A stretch of 54,416 bases of DNA from NCBI GenBank assembly GCA_964511865.1, contig CAZEHW010000001.1:1-54416 (forward strand), given 5' to 3'. The notes beneath the pieces were generated by a model. That model saw only the letters and a list, made by a program, of their open reading frames with translations, made no database searches and was not told the origin of the DNA. Positions 46,876-54,416 of the stretch are shown one piece after another. Both the position numbers and the translations under genes were made by a program. The stretch is from an uncultured Hyphomicrobiales bacterium (lineage in GTDB: Bacteria; Bacteroidota; Ignavibacteria; Kapaibacteriales; UBA2268). How positions within the stretch are numbered: the first letter of the stretch is position 1; the number at the start of each line of letters is the position of its first letter.

Positions 46876-47463
46876 TTGTTCCTTATCCATAATTTTCCAA
46901 TAAAAACAATGGAGGAAATTATGATTATATACGAAAAACAAAACAGAGAAACAGAACAATCCTATGATACTTTTAAAAAATATTTGGAGATGGGTGAAAC
47001 AAGAAATCTGCTTGCCTTCAGCATAGAACAGAATATCCCCATAAATACCTTACGCAGAAAAGCAAATAAATGGAATTGGGAACAAAGGGCAGAACAATAC
47101 GATTTATACCGTCTTAATGATACAGAAAATTCAAACAGCATAAATGATTATACAAGCGATGAACCGTTTAGAGAAATAATTATTTCAACAATAAACACCG
47201 TTCATTCAATTTTCGTATTCCTTAACCGGAAGCTGATAATTGGGGATGAAACAATTAACGGCTTAAACTTTGTTCAGATTCTTAAAAGCATGGAAAACCT
47301 GCTAAAGCTGAATAATGAGTTGCTAAAAATAATTAAAACCGAAAGAAACAGTTCCGGGCAATTAGATGTGCAAAATCAAGTTAATGTCTTTGATAAATTG
47401 CAGAATAATCAAAATTTATTTGCAAAAGCTCAGGATTTATTATCGGAGATTGCCGGAGATTAA
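46876..47463 (+). CDS. Hypothetical protein, N-terminus faintly like a phage small-terminase/HTH segment
   Basis: ..FSIEQNIPINTLRRKANKWNWEQRAEQYD.. An ATG at 46909 is the more likely start. Weak call. Confidence 0.35.
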   Translation: MFLIHNFPIKTMEEIMIIYEKQNRETEQSYDTFKKYLEMGETRNLLAFSIEQNIPINTLRRKANKWNWEQRAEQYDLYRLNDTENSNSINDYTSDEPFREIIISTINTVHSIFVFLNRKLIIGDETINGLNFVQILKSMENLLKLNNELLKIIKTERNSSGQLDVQNQVNVFDKLQNNQNLFAKAQDLLSEIAGD

Positions 47464-47564
47464 CTAATTTTCTTTTTACTTTCACAATAAATATATTAAA
47501 TTAATATTTATTGGTTTGTTATTTTTTGAAATCCTGATTTTAAATTAATGTTACGGTAAAAATT

Positions 47565-49562
47565 ATGAAAGTGAAAAAGACCTTTTTATATTCGGCAATT
47601 GTTTTTGTTTTTTCATTTATAATATACGTGCTGACAGCGGCACCCGATTTGACCTTCACAGACAGTGGAGAACTTGCCGGAGTTTGCACAACATTAGGCA
47701 TTGCCCATCCGACAGGATATCCGCTTTTCACCTTGCTCGGACATCTTTGGACCTACCTGCCTTTTTTCAGCTCTCAGATATATGCTCTGAACATATTTGC
47801 AGGATTTTTGACGGCTGTTTCTGCGACAGTATTGTTCAATCTTGTGTTTTTACTTTTAAATTACATGAATAATATTCCCGTATCGAAAAAGTCAAAAGCA
47901 AACCAGCGTCAGAAAAGCAAAAAGAATAAAGAACTGATAAACCAAAATACGAAAATATCCGATTCAAATAATCCATCCGAAAATGCTTTGTTTATTATCT
48001 CTCTTTCGATTGCATTTCTATACGCCTTTGCACGAACAATCTGGGCTCAGGCAGTTGCTATCGAGGTTTATTCACTGCACCTGTTAATGTTAAATCTTGT
48101 CTTATACTTCTTTTTAAAAAGCATATTTATCAGGGAAAATTATAAAACGTATTTAATACTATCAGCATTATTTCTCGGTTTGAGTTTTGCAAATCACATG
48201 ACAACAGTGTTGTTAATGCCAATGATTCTTATCCTGTATTTTTGGCAATCAAACACTCTTCGACAAGCTCAGGATGACAGCAAAAAACAGACAGCCGAAG
48301 GCAGAAGAGATTTTGGGAGTAAATTAAAATTTTTGTTATGGTTGATAATTCCCTTTTTAATTGGTTTGAGTTTATATTTGTATCTGCCTTTACGTGCCTC
48401 CGGTTTTCCTGATTTCAACTGGGGTTGGGTTTCACGTGGATTCGATAAATTCTGGTACCATTTTTCCGGCAAGCAGTATCAGGTTTGGATGTTCTCAGAC
48501 TCTACTGTATGGAAAGAAAATCTGGTGAAATTCTTTAACTTGATTCCAAATGAAACCGCATGGCTTGGTATTATTCTTGTATTCATCGGGTTATATTCTT
48601 CATTTCGCAAATCAAAAATGGTTTTCTGGGGATTGATTATCCTAATTTTATCATGTATTGGTTACGCCATCAATTATTCAATTCATGACATAGATTCATA
48701 TTTTGTAACGGCATTTGTCGGTTTAATTCTTTTTATCGCAATAGGACTTTGGCAGATTTCAAAACTGTATCCGAATGTCTATTACTCTTTCCTTGTTTTG
48801 CCATTGATTGCTTTGTTTATTAATTATTCTTATAACGACCATTCGGATGATGTTCTTGTCCCTGAATATACTAAAATGATCTTCAGTAAACTGGAACCGA
48901 ACGCTATAATTATATCAACTCAATGGGACTACTGGCTCTCAGCATCATGGTATATGCAAAAAATAGAGGGTTTCCGAAAAGATGTAATTATTATTGACAA
49001 AGAGCTTCTAAGAAGAACATGGTACATTGCCCAGCTAAAAAAATGGTATCCCAAACAAATTAATATATGCCAAAAGGAAATTGAAAATTATATGATTGAC
49101 CTTGAATTATTCGAATCCGGGGAGTATTACAATCCTGAGAGTATTCAGGCAAAATTTATAAATTTATTGAATTGTTTTGTGGATAATAATTTCGACGAGC
49201 ATCCTGTATATATAACCCTTGATGTACTTGAAACCGAACCCGATGCTTTCAAAGGGTACGAAAAAGCAGCAAATGGTTTTGCCTTCAAACTTGTTCGGGA
49301 TAAATCACCTCAAAAAGTCATAGCAAGTGATATTAAAATTGATAAATTCCTTGAATCAGTAAAGTCAAATGAAGGTCCACTTGTTGATGGTATCAAAACA
49401 AATGCCGCAATCAGTTTGGTAAATCTTGGCAGATACGCATTAATGCAGGGTGACAAACAGCAAGCTCAAATTGCATTTGAAAAAGCTTATAAAATTGACC
49501 CAACGAACCGTTTTGTTGTTGAATCAATAAAGAATTTCAATAATATCAGGTTTGAGGATTGA
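47565..49562 (+). CDS. DUF2723/TMEM260-like polytopic glycosyltransferase candidate with a C-terminal TPR-like tail
   Basis: The N-terminus is YVLTAAPDLTFTDSGELAGVCTTLGIAHPTGYPLF, with many TM helices. It contains a repeat-derived insert at about 48255-48315. Confidence 0.7.
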   Translation: MKVKKTFLYSAIVFVFSFIIYVLTAAPDLTFTDSGELAGVCTTLGIAHPTGYPLFTLLGHLWTYLPFFSSQIYALNIFAGFLTAVSATVLFNLVFLLLNYMNNIPVSKKSKANQRQKSKKNKELINQNTKISDSNNPSENALFIISLSIAFLYAFARTIWAQAVAIEVYSLHLLMLNLVLYFFLKSIFIRENYKTYLILSALFLGLSFANHMTTVLLMPMILILYFWQSNTLRQAQDDSKKQTAEGRRDFGSKLKFLLWLIIPFLIGLSLYLYLPLRASGFPDFNWGWVSRGFDKFWYHFSGKQYQVWMFSDSTVWKENLVKFFNLIPNETAWLGIILVFIGLYSSFRKSKMVFWGLIILILSCIGYAINYSIHDIDSYFVTAFVGLILFIAIGLWQISKLYPNVYYSFLVLPLIALFINYSYNDHSDDVLVPEYTKMIFSKLEPNAIIISTQWDYWLSASWYMQKIEGFRKDVIIIDKELLRRTWYIAQLKKWYPKQINICQKEIENYMIDLELFESGEYYNPESIQAKFINLLNCFVDNNFDEHPVYITLDVLETEPDAFKGYEKAANGFAFKLVRDKSPQKVIASDIKIDKFLESVKSNEGPLVDGIKTNAAISLVNLGRYALMQGDKQQAQIAFEKAYKIDPTNRFVVESIKNFNNIRFED

Positions 49563-49651
49563 ATAGAATAAGATTTGACTTTCAAATTATTCTATGAAAA
49601 TTAACAATAATTTCTTAGTTTAATGTTTTAAATTTATCTAATAATTTTGGA

Positions 49652-51967
49652 TTGAATATGAAACATATTTTAATGACTTTGTTACTTGCAATTGTTCCCA
49701 ATCTTTTATTATCTCAGATTGAAGAAACAATTAAGCATTACTCGGGAACGCAACAGGTTTATTATAACAGTCCTGAAATTGATATGCAGTTCGCAAGGTT
49801 CGAGCCGGCAGCTCCATGCTACATAAAAAAAATAAACGTTATGTTAACAGGTGCAACCGGAAATGTAAGAATAAGATTGATCGGTTATGAAGCCGGTAGT
49901 CAGGTTCCAGAGTTGCAAAACGACATTATTTCTCCTTTTACAGTTCAAAAAACCGTTCAGGGTAATCAAACCTTGAGCATAACTTTACAAGAGCCGGTCT
50001 GGTTTGATAACAGTTGGTTCTGGATTGGTGTTGATAATCTATCTTCAGGAATTTTTCTTTTATCCGACAATGTCGCTAAAACAATTCCTTATGATACATA
50101 TTTTTATCAGGCACTTCACATCAAAAATCCCGATCAACCTTGGTCGGTTGGTAACTTTGCATATTTTGTTGATGTGCTTGTCTCGTATCCAACTAAAACA
50201 TCGGAAAATATCTTGCAGGATTATACTTGGGTTCTCGGTAATCAAGGCGAATTGAAAAGCTCCTGCATTGCCGCTGCAGATTATAATTCTGATGATTATA
50301 CCGATTTAATAATCAATAATAAATTATTCAGAAATAATAAAAATGATTCTTTTTCTGATGTAACTGAAGAATTAGGAGTAGTGAATAATTTTAACTCTGC
50401 CTTTCCAAACTCACAATGTCAGTCATTCGTGGATACTGATAATGACGGTGATTTGGATATAGTATCCTTTGGTCGGGATACAAGCGTTTTGTTTATTAAT
50501 GAGAACAATACTTTCACAGGTGTTCTGTTGTCATTTCCTGCATTCCCGACTTACGGTTATTCACCTTTACTGTTTAATTGGGCGGATATAAATTATGACG
50601 GATACCCTGACTTGGTTGCCCTCCAGCAAGCGTCAAAATATATAGATTCCCTTCCAAGTTTTGTGTTTATTAATGACAAGAATAATGATTTCATAGACGA
50701 ATCGAACCGGATGTTCCCTGCAAATTATATTTACCGTCGGGCAAGAGCATCACAGTTTGGTGATTTCGATAACGACGGCGACCAGGATTTATACATAGCT
50801 AACTATTATCTTGAGAGAGACCAGCTTTATGAAAATAACGGCGATGGCTTTTTTGTTGACATCTCACCACAGAAAAATCTTGATATTCACGCAACCGGTT
50901 CCCAGCATGGATGCGGTGTCAACCTTTTTGACTATGACAATGACCTTGACCTCGATATAATCGTTGCAAGAATAGCTCATGCACGTTTCGTTATGTATGA
51001 CCATCGGGGTACAGTTCTTTACCGCAATGAAGGACCACCGAATTTTAATTTCACCGATTTAACCGGACAGTACCATAATTACCCCGGGCAGATTTCTCCT
51101 ATTGGTCTCGAATACGAAGATTATCACTCCAGTGCCGCATTTGCAGATGTCAATAATGACGGATTACCGGATTTGCTTTTAAAGACTTATAACCCTTATC
51201 GCTTTATCAGCTTTTACGAACAACAGCCCGACCATACATTCAAGATGGCAAGATTTAAATACGGAATAGATAGGATAGATGCTTATGGGGCAGGGCAGGT
51301 CTGGCTGGATTACAACAATGACGGAAGAATTGATTTGGCTATGTACAACCAAAACAAAATTTCACTTTTCAAAAATAAGTTGAAGAATGCAGTTAATTCC
51401 ATTGAATTGAACTTAAGATGCACTACCGGAAATAAATTTGCCATCGGTGCCAGGGCGGTTGTATATGCAGGGACTCAGACATTTATGCGTGAAGTGGTTT
51501 GCGGACAGGATGAATGGGTGCAGTTCCCCTACCGTTTGCATTTCGGATTGGGTGAAATAAATGAAATTGATTCGGTTGTTGTAACGTGGCCTGTAAAGCC
51601 GCAGAAAAAAGACGTTTTCAAAGACCTCATTGCTAATAATATTTATACACTGACCGAGGGTGGAGGAATAAGTTCAATACCTGTCGGAGTTCAATATGTA
51701 AAAAAATATAATCTGATAACCAACGCATTCCCTAATCCTTTTGAAAATCGTTCGATAATCAGCTACTCATTAGAAAAAAGCGACAGGGTAATATTAAAAA
51801 TCTATGACGGTTTAGGAAATGAAATCCGTACTCTCGTTGATGATTTTCAATCAGAAGGCGAACATTCCGCAGAATTCAATGCTGAAGGTTTGCCTCAAGG
51901 CAGTTATTATTACAAATTGATTATCGGTGATAAGGTAGTTGGGGATAGGTTGATACTGGTGAAGTGA
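49652..51967 (+). CDS. CRTAC1-like FG-GAP/VCBS repeat protein with UnbV/ASPIC domain and T9SS CTD
   Basis: Repeated DxDxDGDxD loops are present (DTDNDGDLD, DFDNDGDQD, DVNNDGLPD, DYNNDGRID). The ASPIC-like block is GARAVVYAG..HFGLGEINEIDSVVVTWP. The CTD is FPNPFENRSIISYSL. Confidence 0.8.
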   Translation: MNMKHILMTLLLAIVPNLLLSQIEETIKHYSGTQQVYYNSPEIDMQFARFEPAAPCYIKKINVMLTGATGNVRIRLIGYEAGSQVPELQNDIISPFTVQKTVQGNQTLSITLQEPVWFDNSWFWIGVDNLSSGIFLLSDNVAKTIPYDTYFYQALHIKNPDQPWSVGNFAYFVDVLVSYPTKTSENILQDYTWVLGNQGELKSSCIAAADYNSDDYTDLIINNKLFRNNKNDSFSDVTEELGVVNNFNSAFPNSQCQSFVDTDNDGDLDIVSFGRDTSVLFINENNTFTGVLLSFPAFPTYGYSPLLFNWADINYDGYPDLVALQQASKYIDSLPSFVFINDKNNDFIDESNRMFPANYIYRRARASQFGDFDNDGDQDLYIANYYLERDQLYENNGDGFFVDISPQKNLDIHATGSQHGCGVNLFDYDNDLDLDIIVARIAHARFVMYDHRGTVLYRNEGPPNFNFTDLTGQYHNYPGQISPIGLEYEDYHSSAAFADVNNDGLPDLLLKTYNPYRFISFYEQQPDHTFKMARFKYGIDRIDAYGAGQVWLDYNNDGRIDLAMYNQNKISLFKNKLKNAVNSIELNLRCTTGNKFAIGARAVVYAGTQTFMREVVCGQDEWVQFPYRLHFGLGEINEIDSVVVTWPVKPQKKDVFKDLIANNIYTLTEGGGISSIPVGVQYVKKYNLITNAFPNPFENRSIISYSLEKSDRVILKIYDGLGNEIRTLVDDFQSEGEHSAEFNAEGLPQGSYYYKLIIGDKVVGDRLILVK

Positions 51968-52007
51968 GTCACTAATTGTAATTATACTTACATAATTTAT
52001 TTCATAT

Positions 52008-52045
52008 CGGGTATAATATTTAACGATTTTGCAATAATATACCCG
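52008..52045. terminator. Candidate terminator hairpin between convergent genes
   Basis: CGGGTATAATATT-(12)-AATAATATACCCG, matching at 12 of 13 positions, with a T-run 15 nt downstream. Confidence 0.35.
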
Positions 52046-52100
52046 TTATGATATAATTTTTTAGCATTGCAATCTTTCCTATTAATAGTATTATAATATT

Positions 52101-54281
52101 TTAATCTTTGTTGAATCTGTAAAATACCATCCCCACCAAAACCAATCCTGCTCCCGAAAAACAACTCCACTCGAATCCTATTAAGGGGAGTAGAAAAACG
52201 GATACAAGTATTGCTCCCAATGCCGAACCGAATAAATCCGCACTGTATATATTTCCTGCTGTTTTTGTAGAATTGCCCTCGTATTTTAAAGACAACACAG
52301 CAAATAATCCACCTGTCAAAAAAGAGACAAATAGCGATAACACAGCAAAAACAAAATGAATAATAATCTCATGAATATTAATTGAATTCATTCCCTTCAA
52401 AATAAAAGGAAGAGAAATTAAAAATGCACTTATTATTATCAGGTAAACAGGAATACTGTTTTTGCCTTTTAACTTTTCATACTTATTAACCACAAAAGCA
52501 CCGATTGACATTCCAATCATAAACAACGCGATAATTATTCCAATATATTGATAAACATATCCCAAAATAATCTGGAAAGCGAATATTATTATTATTTCAG
52601 ACAAACTCAGTGCATATCCTGCTGAGAACATCACAAAATCAAGAACTTTCATTCTAAATAGAATTATTCCAAAAATAATTACAAGTGAAAGTATAATCCA
52701 TAATTTATTTGTCTCGTAATAACTTAAAAAATAATTTATATGAGAATAAAAAGCAACAGGTTTGAAGTTTGTGTTTATTTCAGCATTGCTGTCCAACGAT
52801 TCTAATAAAAAATCTGCTCTTTGCATCAAAGAAAATTCATTCAGATAAAATTTATTAACATATTTATTTTGGATATTACTTGCATCAATTTCACCGGGAA
52901 TATCGTATGTCAGTTCACCGTTTCCAGCGATAAAATAATTTGAATTTGAAGGGATGATTATAACGTTTTTAAAAACCGATTTCAATGTGTTTAAAATAAT
53001 TGATTGTTCTTCAGCGGCTTCTTTACTCACATAATTGACTGTCCCCGGCATCCTTAATGAAAATACACCTTTATTATCAAGATGTTTGCCAATTAATTCA
53101 AAAAGCTCTATTGTGTAGTATCTGTTCAATTGTGCTGTTGCCGGTACACCTATGTTCAAAATAATAACATCATATTTATGGTCAGTTTTCTTCAAATAAA
53201 TCAGAGCATCGTCAATTATTATTTCAGGAACAGCATCTGTCTTCCTGAGTTTGTCTATAGATTCCCTTTTCCCTTCTCCTTTTTCCTTTCTCCTTTCTCC
53301 CGTCTTCCGTCTTCCATACTTTTTATCCAAATTAACAAGATACTCATTGGACTCGATATAATCAACACGGCTTGGATAATATTTTATAATTTCATCGGTA
53401 ACTCCAAATATCCCCCCCCCAACAAGAAGAACTTTTTGGGGATTCGAATGTTGAACCATTGCAAAATGAACAGTCTCTTCATTATAAATTGCATTGTCAC
53501 TTGTTGCAGATAATATTCCGGATTCAAATACATTGATTTGATTGCCGGTCTTTGTTACAGCAACATTCCCAAACGGAGTTTCTTTCTGCTCAATCAGTTT
53601 TTGATTCGGAAACAGAAATCCTTTTGACTTATCATCAATATCTGTAGTAAATAATAAAATATTTCCTAAAGCAAATACTGTAATTATTATTGAGAATACA
53701 TATAGCCTGTTTTTATGTGCAAAGAAAAACAACACAATTAAATTGATAATTGAAATTAATAAAGCAGTTTGGATTGTATCAAAAATAAATATCAGAACCA
53801 GACTAATCAACAGACCTCCTGCCGCACTTCCTGCTGTTTCCAAAAAATAATTAATACTGATATTATTTAAATCCGATACTGAACAATAAAGAGTAAATAA
53901 AAAACCGGAGAGAAAAGTAAAAGGAATCAATATTATGGATGAGGAAATAATTATATCAGAAATACTCAACAATTCACCGATTAAAAAAACATCATACCAA
54001 AATACTCTTAAAGCAAGAATTAATATAAGAGGAAGGATTGAAATAAGTAAATGTATAATTGTAATGATTGATAATTTATTCTTAATTTTATGTGATATTT
54101 TACCAACATAAGCCCCAAAACCAGTGAATAGCATCCATGAAGCAAGGATTATCCCGATGGTTAATTCATTCCCCTGAACAACTGACAAAAACTCACGAAG
54201 AATAATTACCTGGTAAACTATGGAACTTATTCCAAGGGAGAATACCAATAAACTTATACCATTTGAATTAGGTCTTGTCAT
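52101..54281 (-). CDS. Membrane-fused spermidine-synthase-like (polyamine aminopropyltransferase family) protein
   Basis: About 7 N-terminal and about 5 C-terminal TM helices flank a methyltransferase-fold core (VLLVGGGIFGVTDEI..VDYIESN..YDVIILNI). It contains a repeat-derived insert at 53239-53316. Confidence 0.7.
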   Translation of the reverse strand: MTRPNSNGISLLVFSLGISSIVYQVIILREFLSVVQGNELTIGIILASWMLFTGFGAYVGKISHKIKNKLSIITIIHLLISILPLILILALRVFWYDVFLIGELLSISDIIISSSIILIPFTFLSGFLFTLYCSVSDLNNISINYFLETAGSAAGGLLISLVLIFIFDTIQTALLISIINLIVLFFFAHKNRLYVFSIIITVFALGNILLFTTDIDDKSKGFLFPNQKLIEQKETPFGNVAVTKTGNQINVFESGILSATSDNAIYNEETVHFAMVQHSNPQKVLLVGGGIFGVTDEIIKYYPSRVDYIESNEYLVNLDKKYGRRKTGERRKEKGEGKRESIDKLRKTDAVPEIIIDDALIYLKKTDHKYDVIILNIGVPATAQLNRYYTIELFELIGKHLDNKGVFSLRMPGTVNYVSKEAAEEQSIILNTLKSVFKNVIIIPSNSNYFIAGNGELTYDIPGEIDASNIQNKYVNKFYLNEFSLMQRADFLLESLDSNAEINTNFKPVAFYSHINYFLSYYETNKLWIILSLVIIFGIILFRMKVLDFVMFSAGYALSLSEIIIIFAFQIILGYVYQYIGIIIALFMIGMSIGAFVVNKYEKLKGKNSIPVYLIIISAFLISLPFILKGMNSINIHEIIIHFVFAVLSLFVSFLTGGLFAVLSLKYEGNSTKTAGNIYSADLFGSALGAILVSVFLLPLIGFEWSCFSGAGLVLVGMVFYRFNKD

Positions 54282-54416
54282 AATTGGATTTTTATATATT
54301 CCATATTAAAAATTTAGGGATATCCCGGTTGAAAAACTCTTTCTAAAACCCATTTATTTTCTTTTATTTTAAATAAAAAAGTAATGTTTTTATTAATGTT
54401 ATAAGATTGAATTTCA

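Noticed and set aside
2965-53513. Antisense or shadow ORFs inside large genes. Examples: 2965..3168, 8090..8530, 8247..8507, 8517..8786, 13792..14097, 20524..20767, 22971..23228, 31665..32060, 33686..34033, 35086..35445, 36755..37238, 38705..39026, 40200..40514 and 53130..53513.
   Set aside because: Each lies wholly within, or opposite to, a CDS with strong family motifs. Their composition is low-complexity and they carry no motifs.
1-54416. A search by eye for tRNA/rRNA genes, integrases, transposases, IS ends and cas genes.
   Set aside because: None was recognised. No T-loop GGTTCGAATCC-like context was found outside coding sequence. tRNAscan or Infernal would be needed to exclude small RNAs rigorously.

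Overview
AT-rich chromosomal segment, probably from an FCB-group bacterium (Bacteroidota/Ignavibacteriota-like). This placement rests on six predicted secreted proteins that end in T9SS type-A C-terminal sorting domains. All family calls come from motif recognition by eye; no searches were run.

Gene content is mostly housekeeping and envelope functions:
- a TPP riboswitch upstream of a truncated TonB-dependent receptor
- a stand-alone PD-(D/E)xK nuclease / P-loop SF1-helicase (DUF2075-like) gene
- redox genes (ArsC/Spx-like, peroxiredoxin-like, glutathione peroxidase, aldo-keto reductase)
- a TetR-TolC-HlyD-ABC-ABC-permease-permease efflux operon (YbhGFSR-like, with a split ATPase)
- a GT2 / DUF2142-like / small EamA glycosylation module beside a PAS histidine kinase and NarL-type regulator
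- hutI, cdsA and ruvB
- a small phage-like regulatory cassette: Mor-like gene, palindromic operators, XRE HTH protein, separate S24 peptidase
- DUF2723, CRTAC1-like and membrane spermidine-synthase-like genes

No tRNA, rRNA, CRISPR array, integrase or transposase was seen.

The most unusual signal is non-genic. A pervasive family of short-period repeat arrays (mostly 7 nt) fills intergenic and intra-operon spacers.
- The arrays grade from one word into another while keeping phase.
- They begin on or next to stop codons.
- They are combined with orientation-biased modules: GA heptads, a CGACAAGCTCAGGATGAC box and a CCCCTCTCGAGAGGGG hairpin.
- They have entered three coding sequences without breaking frame.

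Second-tier candidates are a possible split LexA/cI-like repressor-protease pair and the nuclease-helicase as a single-gene defence candidate.
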